Below are positions 36,369 to 48,382 of a stretch of 64,000 nucleotides of DNA, piece after piece. How positions within the stretch are numbered: position 1 is the stretch's first letter; each line of letters starts with the position of its first letter. Location of the stretch: the NCBI GenBank assembly GCA_028826165.1, contig JAPDFW010000083.1:285659-349658 (forward strand), in the 5' to 3' direction. A program made the translations under genes and the position numbers. Below the pieces are notes generated by a model that saw only the letters and a program-made list of their open reading frames with translations, searched no databases and was not told the origin of the DNA. The DNA is from Anaeramoeba ignava BMAN (taxonomy: Eukaryota; Protista; Anaeramoebae).

Positions 36369-38437
36369 ATGAAAGCAAAACTAAAAAACTTTTTTCTATT
36401 CATTGTCCCAATTTTAGCAGTTGCATTATCAATAATTTTATCAAATTGGAGAGAAGGAAAAGTAAAAGGAACAACAACATTTGGGAAAGAAATTAATGTT
36501 GAAGTTAGAATTGGAGTAAGAGATATTAAGATCGTTGAGAAAGTAAATGGGAGCTCTGAAACTAAAATTATGCTTTTATCAGAAGTAGGAAATCAGTTGG
36601 AATTATCAAGCATTTTTTCAAGTCATTGGACCAAGTTATATCAAATTAATTTGTGGATTGGAATTGCATTTTTGTTCGCAATTCTTCTTAATATTATTTC
36701 AACCTTTTTTAATTTTGTTATGAAATTTTTTGGTTGGATTCCTTCTCTCATTTACACTCTGGGTATTCTTCTTTTTTACTTTAAAAACCCAAATCTTGAT
36801 GATATGCTCTTTAATTCTCAAAGCTCTATTTGGCCTCTTAATCAAGAAGGAAGACTTAATCAATCCCAAATTATGAATCTTTCTTATTCTTTTTTTCTTG
36901 CAATTTTTGGAGCTTTCTCATCCTTGATTTTTTGGTTTATTGCCTTGAAATTCTTGCAAACTGAAAGAGAGAAAGAAAGTAATTTTTTTGTTTTGAATCA
37001 AAAAATCTTTAATTTAAATTCTTTCCAAAAATAATTAATTGAAACTTCAAGAAAAACCAGAAGAAACCCCACAAAAATTAGTACACACCAAAAGTTCAAC
37101 AAATCAACCAAAAAAAGCCCCATTGAAGAGGACAAACTCTCAAAAAAAAACTCAAACACGCACTCAAGGTAAAAAATCAGTTCCAGATTCACAAATTAAA
37201 AAACCTCAAAATAAATTGCAACAAGTTCAAAAACAAAAAATTCAAATCGAAAAGAAATTGAATCAAGAAATCAAAAAATTGAAAGAAGAAAAACGAGCAA
37301 TGGAAGATCAATTAATGGAACTCTCAGGAATGTACGAAGAACTTTCAAAAAAAACTTCACCAGAATTATCAAACAAATCTGGAGATGGAAATACTCAATC
37401 AAATTCAAAAGATGAAAAAATAATTTCAAATGATCAAAACCAAATTGAATCTTTGAAAAAGGAACTAAATTTGAGTTATCAAAAAGTTGAAATATTAACA
37501 AATCGAAATGCAGCTCTCAACAAGAAAATTAAGAAATTCGAATTGGAAAAGATTAATTGGGAAAAAAAAGCGAAGGAATTTGAGAAAGAATTGAATCAAT
37601 TAAAAAATCAAAAACCTACTGCAATACTCACCAATACAACAGGAGGACCACCACCACCAACAGGAGGACCACCACCACCAACAGGAGGACCACCACCACC
37701 AACAGGAGGACCACCTCCACCAACAGGAGGACCACCTCCACCAACAGGAGGACCACCTCCACCAATGGGAGGACCACCTCCACCAATGGGAGGACCACCT
37801 CCACCAAAAGGAGGACCACCTCCACCAAAAGGAGGAGCTCAAAATCCAGCAGGTATTCTTTTTGTTAACCTTTTTCCCTTTTTTATTCTTTAAATCAAAA
37901 CCCACAAATTTAAAACTAGGTCCAATGTCTCTTGATCTTCTTTCTTCAATCACATCTTTTAAAAAGAATAATTTGAGGAAAACCATAATAGACGATAAGA
38001 GTGCACCAAAACTTAAAACAGAAGATAAATCAACACCATCTCCAGTTCAAAAAACCTCAAACACAAAGGCAAACAGTGGTGGTGGATTTAATTTGGCAGA
38101 ATTAGCTTTGGGACAAAGAGGACGTTTAAGAAGAGTTGAACCACAAGAGAATAAATCAAACAGTGGTGGTGGATTTAGTTTGGCAGAATTAGCTTTGGGA
38201 CAAAGAGGACGTTTAAAAAGAGTTGAACCACAAGAGAATAAATCAAATAGTGCAGACGGATCTAATACCACAAAAGCAATTACAAATCAAAGAAACAATT
38301 TAAGAAGAGTTCCACCAAAAACACAGAATAAATCAAACAGTGCAGACGGATCTAATACCACAAAAACAATTACAAATCAAAGAAACAATTTAAAGAAAGT
38401 TCCACAAACTCAAAAGAAAACTTCAGGAAAAAAATAA
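36369..38437 (+). CDS. Predicted 642-aa membrane protein: ~4 TM + coiled coil + (GGPPPP)9 + tandem WH2-like motifs, 3 exons
   Basis: Introns 36979-37051 and 37853-37919 (both GT-AG, phase 1) join three ORFs in frame. WH2 motif DLLSSITSFKKNNLRKT, plus further LRRV, LKRV, LRRV and LKKV motifs. Confidence 0.7.
37639..37827 (+). repeat. 21-bp coding repeat x9 encoding [T/M/K]GGPPPP
   Basis: ACAGGAGGACCACC.CCACCA-type units at exact 21-bp spacing. Confidence 0.95.
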
Positions 38438-38625
38438 CAGTGACGAGAAGCAAAAATATCTTTCCAAAAAAAAAATCACTTTAATTGGTTTCAGTTTCTT
38501 TTTTTTTGAATCCACAAATTTTAAAATAATTTCATCTCACTCAATTTTCAATTTTATATTTTGAATTTTATTAATTTTTAATTTGATTTGATTTAATTGA
38601 AAAGAAAATTCAAAAAAAAGTGTTT

Positions 38626-40392
38626 TAAATGAAATAAGATCTCAAGTTCATCAACAATCCATTTATCATAAAGAACCAGCTAAATAAGTTTGAGCTTCAT
38701 TTGTTCCTTGTTTAATTCCATTAGGTAGATTGTAACTCCAACCAAAATTTGAATAACCAGGTTGTAAATTAGATTTCAAACCAATATCAGCACTTCCAAA
38801 TTCTGGACCATGATTTGAATAAGAATAAAAAAGTGATTTTTGTTGATAACCTTTTTTAATTGTAAATTTATCTGGTTTTCTATCTCCTTTATCATTTCTT
38901 AATGAAAAAATAAATGCATTTGGATCAATAATATGCCCATGATCTTTATCTCTATCTATTTCTCTCCATTTTGATTTATCTTTTGTCCATCCAACTTGAG
39001 TAAAACCTCCAAAAATAAAATTATCTTTTGTTTTGATAATAACTAATGTTTTTCCTTTATTATCAACTGCTTTATGCCAATTTTGACAAGAAAATCCATC
39101 TCTTTTTGCTGAAAATCCTTTTTTCATTTTGAAAAAAAATCATTATCATTTATCCATTCATTTAATTTCTTAACATATTCAATATCTTTAATAATTTCTG
39201 AATCTGAAAAAGTATTTAACAATTCTTTCTCCTTTTGTTTTTGTTTGATTTTTTGTTTCTCATTTTGGATTTCTTTCTTAAATGATAATTTAAGATTTTG
39301 GATTTCCTTTTCTTTTTCTTGATTTTCTGAAATCAAATCTTCAATTTCTTTTTCTTTCTTTTTCATTTCTTTGTTTTTATTTCGAATTTCTTTCTTTAAA
39401 TTGTGATTCTCTTTTCTTTTCAAACTTATTTTCTTTTCAATTTCTTTTTGATTATCTTGAATAACTTTGTTTTGAATATCAACTAAAAAAGATTTGGGAA
39501 AAAAATCAAATTGTTTTAATTTATCAAAATCTTGTTTTGAAATTGAATCTTTATCAAATAATGAAAAAGAAAGGATGAAATAATCTTTTCTTTTCAATTC
39601 CAATTTCTTTTTCTTTCTTTCCTTTTAATCTTGATGAATTAACTCTTTTTCAATCCAATTATTTAAAAATTGAAAAAAATCAAATTGAAAAATTTCTTTT
39701 TTTTCTTGTTTAAATTGAATAAATTTGATAATTTCTTCTTTAGTTAAATTGAATAAATTTTCATTATTTTGAATTTGGGAAAAATTTTGATTTATTAATT
39801 CAAAACATTTTATTTCAATTTCATTTGAATTTAAATTTCGATTTTGGAATAAAAATTGGAAAAAATTTGAATAATTAATTGAATTTGAAATTTTTTTTTG
39901 AATAATTTCTTTCAATAAATTTAATTTAAAATAAATTGAAATTTCCAATAATTGAATAAGATTTTCTTGATTCTCAAAAGAAATATTTCCATAATAAATA
40001 TAACTCAAAATTGATTTCATTTCTTTTTTATTAAATTGATTTAAAAAAATTTGATCGATATGATTTTCTTCTTTTAAAAACTTATTAAAAAAATGAGATC
40101 TTGAAGATAAAATTGATTTATGAACTTTAATTTCAAAAGGATTTGATTTATTCTCAACAAAAATTGAAAAATCTTTAAATGAATTTCCATTTAAAAGGTT
40201 TGAATAATTTTTAATTAAATTTTTTGTTACTTTTTTTTCTAAATTTTTCATTTCATTTTCATTTTCATTTTGATTTTGATTTTGATTTTGATTTTGATTT
40301 TCATTTTGATTTTGATTTTGATTTTGATTTTGATTTTGATTTTGATTTTGATTTTGATTTTGATTTTGATTTTGATTTTGATTATTATTCAT
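38626..40392 (-). CDS. BTB/POZ + coiled coil + TLDc domain protein
   Basis: FKDFSIFV..IKVHKSILSSRSHFF (BTB); RDGFSCQNWHKAVDNKGKTLVIIKT..IFGGFT..AFIFSL (TLDc). Three ORFs linked by homopolymer indels. Confidence 0.8.
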
Positions 40393-40480
40393 TTTATTGT
40401 TTTTGTTTTTGTGTTTTTAAAAATGAAAAAAAAAATGAAAAAAAAAAATCATTTTTTCTTTCTTTATTTTTTTTTAAAAA

Positions 40481-43317
40481 ATGTCTAATCAAACTTTACA
40501 AGATCATTTATTAACAAGTACAGATTCAGAAACTATATTTGAACAAACAAATGATAAAAATGAAACTTTATTGAAAGATTTAAAAGAAAATTCAAACGAA
40601 AATTTAAAAGAAAGTGAATCAAATGAAAGTGATTCAAGTGAATTTGAAAAAAATCAAAAAAGAATTAAAAGACAAGAAATAATTCAAAAAAGAGAAAATT
40701 TACCATTTGATAAGAATCAATATACTCCAAAATTTTATAAACCAGCTGAACATAATTCTCCTTATTCAAATAAATTTTTTATTTTTTTGGATAAAACATT
40801 TTATATTTCTCAAAGAAGATCTGATATTAAAACTGAATTTATTGCTGGAATTGTTATGTATTTAGCAACTTTATGTGAGTTTTGATTATTAATTTTAATT
40901 AAAATTAATATTAAAAATTAAAATTAAAATTAAAAATTAAAATTAAAATAAAAATTAAAATTAAAATTAAAATTAAAATTAAAATTAAAATTAAAATTAA
41001 AATTATAATTAAAATTAAAATTAAATTTAAAATTAAATTTAAAATTAAAATTAAAATTAAAATTAAAATATAAAATTTAAACTAAAATTAAAATTAAAAT
41101 TTATAATAAAAATTAAAATTAAAATTAAAAATTAAAATCAAAATTAAAATTAAAATTAAAATTAAAATTAAAATTAAAATCAAAATCAAAATTAAAACTA
41201 AAATTAAAATTAAAATTAAAATTAATATTAAAATTAAAATTAAAATTAAAATTATAATTAAAATTTAAAATTAAAATTAAAATTAAAATTAAAATTGATT
41301 TTTGAAAGATTTAATTGATGTTCAACCAGCTCATTTTGCTCAATTTGGAATGGAAGAAAATCAAGTTAAAGTATCAATGACAATTGGTAAATATTTATTA
41401 ATTTGAAAATCAATTTAAGAAAATTAAAAATTTCAATTTAAATTTTTTATTTAGTTACTGGATTAGCAACAATTGTAACAGGTTTTCTTACAGGAATTCC
41501 TGTTGTTGTTTCTTGTGGTATTTGTGAAACCAATTTTTTCATTGATACTTTATGTGGAAAGTTTAAATATTCTTGGCAATCTTCATTATCTTTAATTTTT
41601 TTACAAGGAGCTATTTGTTTAGTTCTTTCTGTATTTTTTCTTATTAAATTCTAAAATCGGAAAAAAATTTTTTAATAATTTTTCCCAATATATTTTTTTT
41701 AATTTAGTTTTTTATTGTTCGAAAATCATTTGTTATGGCAATTCCAAATTCATTTAGATTAGGATTTGCATTTGGAGTAAAAATTTAAAATTAAAATTCA
41801 TTTATAAAATTTAAAATTCATTTATAAAAATTAAAATTCATTTATAAAATTTAAAATTAAAATTAAAATTAAAATTTAAAATTTAAAATTCATTTATAAA
41901 ATTAAAATTATAATTAAAATTAAAATTAAAATTAAAATTTAAAATTAAAATTCATTTATAAAATTTAAAATTCATTTATAAAATTTAAAATTATTAAAAA
42001 AGATTGGACTTTTTATCGGAAAAGTTGGAGTTTTAGGATTTGTGTCAATTTCAAATGAAGAAATTGAATTAGAATATCAAACATTAATTGGTCTTTTTTG
42101 TTTAGTTCTTTTAGCTATTGGAGTATATTGGGATTTTCGATTAATGTTTATTATAGCAGTTCTTGTATCATCAATTATTTCATTAATTATTTCATTAACA
42201 GTTGATCATGAAAAATTAAAATGGTTTCCAATTTCTCTTAATGATATTGCTTTTAAATTAAAGTTCAAATATAAAAATGCTTCTGTTATTTCTCTTCTTG
42301 TTATTAGTGTTATTAATAACTTAATTAATACTCTTTCAACAAGTTTTACTTTGATTCAATTTACTTATCTTCAAAATTTAATTTTTGATACAAATACTTT
42401 TTTGAAATTACTTATTGAAAAAAATGGTTATTTAAAAAAAATGTTATTCACAAATGCTATTTTTTCAATGATTTCTCCTTTACTTGGAACTCCTGCAACT
42501 GTTCCTTTAATTGAATCTGTTATTGGAAGTGCAATTGGTTCAAGGTTTTAATTTTAATTTTAATTTTAATTTTATAAATGAATTTTAATTTTAATTTTAA
42601 TTTTTATAAATGAATTTTAATTTTAATTTTGATTTTAATTTCAATTTTAATTTTAATTTTAATTTCAATTTTAATTTTAATTTTAATTTTATAAATGAAT
42701 TTTAATTTTAATTTTAATTTTAATTTTTATTTTTAAAATAAAGAACTGGTTTAAGTTCAGTAACTACTGGATTATTATTTCTAATTACAATCACATTTCT
42801 TCCTTTCACAAAAATAATACCATCTGAAGCAACAGGACCACTTTTACTTTATTCACTCGTTTTACTTTTTTCTATGGTTAAATGTAATTTTAAATTTAAT
42901 TTTAATTTCAATTTTATAAATGAATTTTAATTTAAATTTAATTTCAATTTTATAAATGAATTTTAATTTTCATTTTAATTTAAATTTTATAAATGAATTT
43001 TAATTTTAATTTTAATTTTAATTTTAATTGTAATTTTAATTTGAATTTTAATTTTAATTTTAAATTTTATAAATGAATTTTAATTATATTTTGTAATAGA
43101 TATTGATTTTGGTGATTTAGTTGATGAAATTCCAATCATTGTTGCAACTTTAGCAATTCCTGTTTTTAATAGTATTCCTTATGGATTTGCAGTTGGTTAT
43201 GTTTCACTTGTTGCTTTTTGGATTGTTGGGAAAAAATTTAAAAAATTAACATTTATGATGTTTATTATTGGAATTTTAAGTGTTGCAACAATTGTTCTTC
43301 CAAGTATTAATTTTTAA
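40481..43317 (+). CDS. AzgA/NCS2-type purine (xanthine/uracil) permease, multi-exon
   Basis: SDIKTEFIAGIVMYLA, LLGTPATVPLIESVIGSAIGSRTGLSSVTTG and IPSEATGPLL motifs across GT-AG introns. Confidence 0.8.
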
Positions 43318-43483
43318 TAAATTAGTTTTGCTTTTTTTTTATCAATTCCAATTTTTTTCTTTTGAATAAAAATGTTTCAAAAGAATTAAATATTAAAGAA
43401 TAAATTTAATTGAATTGATTTTAAAGAATATTTTATTTATTTTTTTCCTTTTAAAATTGATAAAAAGAAAGGTTTTATTTCTA

Positions 43484-43834
43484 TTAAGAAAAAGTAATAT
43501 AACCAGCTAATAAAAAACAAGAAATAGAAACAAAATAATGTAAACGAATTCCAATTACAGAAGCTATTTTAAAAAAAATATTATAAATAAGAATTATAAA
43601 TCAAAATTAAATAAAAAATACCTTTATAAAGAATTCCTTTTTTTGTTTTTAAAAACATTTCTTTTAATCTTTTTGTTGTTCTTAAATAAGCTGTTGAGCA
43701 AATTATTAATAATATAACTGCAACAAAACCTTCAGCAGAATAAGCTAAAAAAAACAAAGAAAAGAAAAAGGGAATTATTATAATTTTTTTTGTAAAAAGT
43801 AATTATGATTAAATAATTGTTTACCATTAACCAT
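43484..43834 (-). CDS. TMEM167: Kish / TMEM167-family protein, 70 aa, 3 exons
   Basis: Exons 43834-43825, 43744-43622 and 43563-43484 give MVNAYSAEGFVAVILLIICSTAYLR..KKGILYKASVIGIRLHYFVSISCFLLAGYITFS, matching the Kish-B pattern. Not in the ORF track. Confidence 0.85.
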
Positions 43835-43944
43835 TTAAAAATTTAAAAATGAAAAAAAAAATGAAAAAATTTTTTTAATTTGAATTTTTTTTTCATTTTT
43901 CATTTTTTTTTCATTTTTTTTCATTTTTTCATTTATTTTAAAAA

Positions 43945-46900
43945 ATGAGTTTTACAATTCAAGTTAAAACTTTTGCTAAAGTTACTCATAATTTTGAAGT
44001 TAATAATGAAGTAAGAAATTAATTTTACGTTTTTTTTACGTTTTTTTTACATTTGTTTTTTAAACAAAAATTTTTCTGAAAGTTTTAAAAGATGATAAAA
44101 TGCTTTCTGATTATTTCAAAATAAAAAATTAAAAAAATTAAAAGAAAAATTAAAAAGAAGAAAATTAAAATTTCAAAATTAAAATTAAAATTAATTTTAA
44201 AATTAAAAAAAGTTTTAAAAGATGATAAAATTCATTTCTGATTATTGTAAAAATTAAAATTCATTTATTAAAATTAAAATTGAAATTAAAATAATTAAAA
44301 TTAAAATTAAATTAAAATTAAAATTAAAATTAAAATTAAAATTAAAATTAAAATCAAAATTAAAATTAAAATTGAAATTAAAATTAAAAATTAAAATTAA
44401 AAATTAAAATTAAAATCAAAATTAAAATTAAAATTAAAATTAAAATTAAAAATTAAAATTAAAATTAAAATTAAAATTAAAATCAGAATTAAAATTAAAA
44501 TAAAATTCATTTATAAAATTAAAATTAAAATTAAAATTAAATTTAAATTCATTTATAAAATTAAAATTAAAATTCATATTAAAATTAAAATTAAAATTAA
44601 AATTAAAATTAAAATTAAAATTAAAATTAAAATTAAAATTAAAATTCATTTATAAAATTAAAATTAAAATTAAAATTAAAATTAAAATTAAAATTAAAAT
44701 TAAAATTAAAATTAAAATTAAAATTAAAATTAAAATTAAAATTAAAATTAAATTTAAATTTAAAATTAAAATTAAAATTAAAATTAAAATTAAAATTAAA
44801 ATTAAAATTAAAATTAAAATTAGCAATCACGAATAATTCACAACTATATTTAATTCAACAAAGACCTCAATCAAGACCTCAACAAAGACCTCAACAAGAA
44901 AGAATAACACAAAATTTTCATCAGCAATTTCCACCAACTTCTGGACAATTTGGTGATGGAATTTTTATGAGTATCATTCCAGAAATTACAATTGAATCTT
45001 CAATAGGAGAAATCCCAAGACATGCAATTCCAACATTAAATCCAATAACTACAAGAATAAGAACAAATAGATTTGAACCACAAGATAATTTAAGAAATAG
45101 AATGTTAGAATCAATGACAAGAATAGAAAATATATTTAGAGATTTAAGAAACAATTTTGGAGAAAATCAAAATCAAAATCAAAATCAAAATCAAAATCAA
45201 AATCAAAATCAACAAAATCAAAATAAAAATCGAAATCAAAATCAAAATTTAAATCAAAATCAAAATAAAAATCGAAATCGAAATCAAAATCAAAATCAAA
45301 ATCAAAATCAAAATTTAAATCAAAACAACACTTTAGAATCATTAAGACGAAGATTAATTGATGTTTTTAGAAATGTTTCTTCTGATTTACCAATAGTTTC
45401 AAATTTATTATCAAATTCATCAAATTTACTTGAAAATTCAAATCCTTCAAATCAAAATTATAACTTTTTAGAATTAGGGAATATGTTTGAACAAATTGGA
45501 TTTGCTTTTCTTCATATTTCAACTCATTTAAGATCATTACTTTATAATCAAGAATCAAATTCTTATATTATAGATCCAACACGTTTTGGTCGAGTTTCTC
45601 GAAATATTACTCAAATAAGAAACCATCCTGAGGATATTAATTTAAGAAGAAGAGGAAATATTGAAGAACAAATAAGAATTCAAAGAGAACAATTCAGACA
45701 AAGACATCAAACTCAACAAACTCATCAACAAAATCAAACTCAACAAACTCAAAATCAACAAAATCAAAACTCAAAAATCAAAATCAAAATCAAAATAATC
45801 CAATGAATAATTTTATTCAAAATATTTTACAAGCTACAAATAATTTAGTTGAGAATTTTTCTGATGAAGGAAATATGGTTCAGCAAATTTTTAATATCTA
45901 TAATCCAAATTCAACAAATATAAATCAACAAAATCAACAAAATCAACAAAATCAACAAAATCAACAAAATCAACAAAATCAACAAAATCAACAAAATCAA
46001 CAAAATCAACAAAATCAACAAAATCAAACTGAACATCAAACTGAACATCAAAATCAACAAAATCAAACTCAACAAAATCAAAATCAAAATCAAAATCAAA
46101 ATCAACAAAATCAACAAAATCAACAACAAACTGAACAACAAACTGAACAACAAACTGAAAATCAAAATCAACAAAATCAAACTCAACAAAATCAAAATCA
46201 ACAAAATCAAACTCAACAAAATCAAACTCAACAAAATCAAAATCAAAATGAAAACAACCCAATGAATAATTTTATTTTGAATATTTTTCAAGCTGTTCAA
46301 AATTTTGTTGGTGATGAAAATGATAATGAAGATGAAGATTCAAATTCATTTCCTCGAATTATTAATGCATTTGGAGGAATTATAGGCAATCAGAATAGAA
46401 ATCAAAATCAAAATCAAAATCAAAATCAAAATCAGAATAGAAATCAAAATCAAAATCAAAATTTAAATCAAAATCAAAATCGAAATCAGAATCAAAATCA
46501 AAATCAAAATCAAAATTTAAATCAAAATTTAAATCAAAATCAAAATCAAAATAGAAATCAGAATAGAAATCAGGATAGAAACCAAAATCCATTTATGAAC
46601 ATTTTTTCACAATTTCAAAATCAAAATAATGGAAATAATCCTATCAATCAAATGATGGGCAATATATTTCAAACATTAAGCAACATTCCTTCAAATCAAA
46701 ATCAAAATAGAAATAGAAATGAAAATGAAAATCCAATCCTAAATATTTTCTCAGAAATTCCGAATCATAGAAACGAAAGTTCAAATTTATTTTTTCATTC
46801 CCCATTAAAAAATTCAATACTTCTTCAATTTTGTCAAGCTTTAGATATTCAAACAAGTTCTAATAAAATCAACTTACCATTTTCTAAATTTGTAAATTCG

Positions 46901-48181
46901 GAAAAGGAAAAAACACTTCAAGAATCCACACCATGGATTATAATTATCAGAACATGTTTTGAAAATTTAACTGTAAAGGATTTTGCACATTGGCTTTCTG
47001 GAAATTGGAGGCCTTTTTTCAAAATGATTCCCAAACTTTCATCAAGCATTAAAAATGAAATTTTACATGGAGATTTTTCAGAAGAAAATATTGAGGATAT
47101 TTGCGAAGAAATGGTCAAAGATTTTGTTATTGATTTCAATAAATATCATTTTTCAAAATCAACAAATGATAAAAAGCAAATGGAACAAAAATTATTTCGA
47201 ATTTTGAAGGATTGGATACAAAAAACAATTATGGAATTACTTAAAATATTATCAAAAATTATCACGAAGGAAAATGCAATTTCTTTTGCACCTCAAATAA
47301 CAAATTTTCTGCATGAATCAATAACTGCATTATTTGTGAGTTCCAATACAGAATATTCAACAAGTGAAAAAGAAGTTATTTCATTTATTCAGTTTTATCT
47401 TTATAAAATTGGAGAGTTAATTTCAGCGAAATTTGCGGATTTTATTTCCAAAATTATTGCGCCTCATCTTCAAAAAATTATTCGAGAAACTGAGTCTCAA
47501 AATTCAACAAGAAAAGAAGAATGGTTTTCAAATATTCCTAGCAATGAATTAAGTCATTGGAAACATATAATATTTACTGATGAAGTGAAACAGAAGTTTT
47601 CTCAACGTCAACCTGTTTTTAGTGATGCTTATGTTTCAGGATCTTTATCTCTTCCAAAGAAAGAAAATGATGTATTGAAAATGATATTAGGAATGAAAAG
47701 GAAAGGAAATCAAAAAAAGAAAGAAAAATCAAAACGTTTGGATTCAATTTGGAAGTTATTGAAGGAATCAGAGAATTCAAAAGAAGATTTCAATTTAAAT
47801 GAAAATTTAAATGAAAAAGAAAAAGAAAATTTAAATGAAAAAGAAAAAGAAAATTTAATTGAAAAAGAAAATTTAAATGAAAATCAAAAAGAAAAAGAAA
47901 ATCAAAAAGAAAATGAAAAAGAAAATGAAAAAGAAAATCAAAAAGAAAAAAATAATCCTTTTCTTCTTCTATTAACTCAATCTCTTATAGCTTCAAATCT
48001 TCCAAATTCTCAAATTCAAAATGTACTTGAAAATGCTAAAAAAGATTCTCAACTTCAATCAATTTATAAAGATACAATGTTAATTCCTTTAATTCGCAAT
48101 TTAGTAACTATTTCTTCAGATTTTCAATTAGAATCAGAAACTGAAAAATTTCCAAAATTAAAATCTTTATTAAAAAATTAA
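43945..48181 (+). CDS. BAG6: BAG6/BAT3-like protein (N-terminal UBL, Q/N-rich middle, C-terminal BAG6 motifs)
   Basis: Exon 1 MSFTIQVKTFAKVTHNFEV; UBL fragment KVLKDDKMLSDY; exon from 44824 ITNNSQLYLIQQRP. C-terminal WKHIIFTDEVKQKFSQRQPVFSDAYVSG and EKFPKL resemble BAG6 WVPIIQQD..QPPLSDAYLSG and RFPN. Indel near 45780. Confidence 0.75.
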
Positions 48182-48264
48182 TTTAAAAAAGAAAGAAAAG
48201 AAAAAAATTTTTTTTTTTAAAAATTTGGATTGGCAAAAAAAAAAAGAAATAAAGAAGAAAAAGA

Positions 48265-48382
48265 TTATTTTTGTTTTGTTTTGTTTTGTTTGTTTTGTTT
48301 TGTTTTGTTTTGTTTTTGTTTTGTTTTGTTTTGTTTTGTTTTGTTTTGTTTTGTTTTGTTTTGTTTTGTTTTTGTTTTGTTT
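48265..48382. repeat. (TTTTG)n microsatellite between convergent BAG6 and RtcB 3' ends
   Basis: Direct inspection. Confidence 0.9.

Noticed and set aside
37600-37986. Trp-rich antisense ORF (WWRWSS)n
   Set aside because: Reverse-strand reading of the GGPPPP repeat.
44011-44260. BAG6 UBL core apparently missing or scrambled (KVLKDDK fragment present twice)
   Set aside because: The fragments and a phase-compatible donor near 44248 indicate a garbled consensus of an ordinary exon, not trans-splicing.
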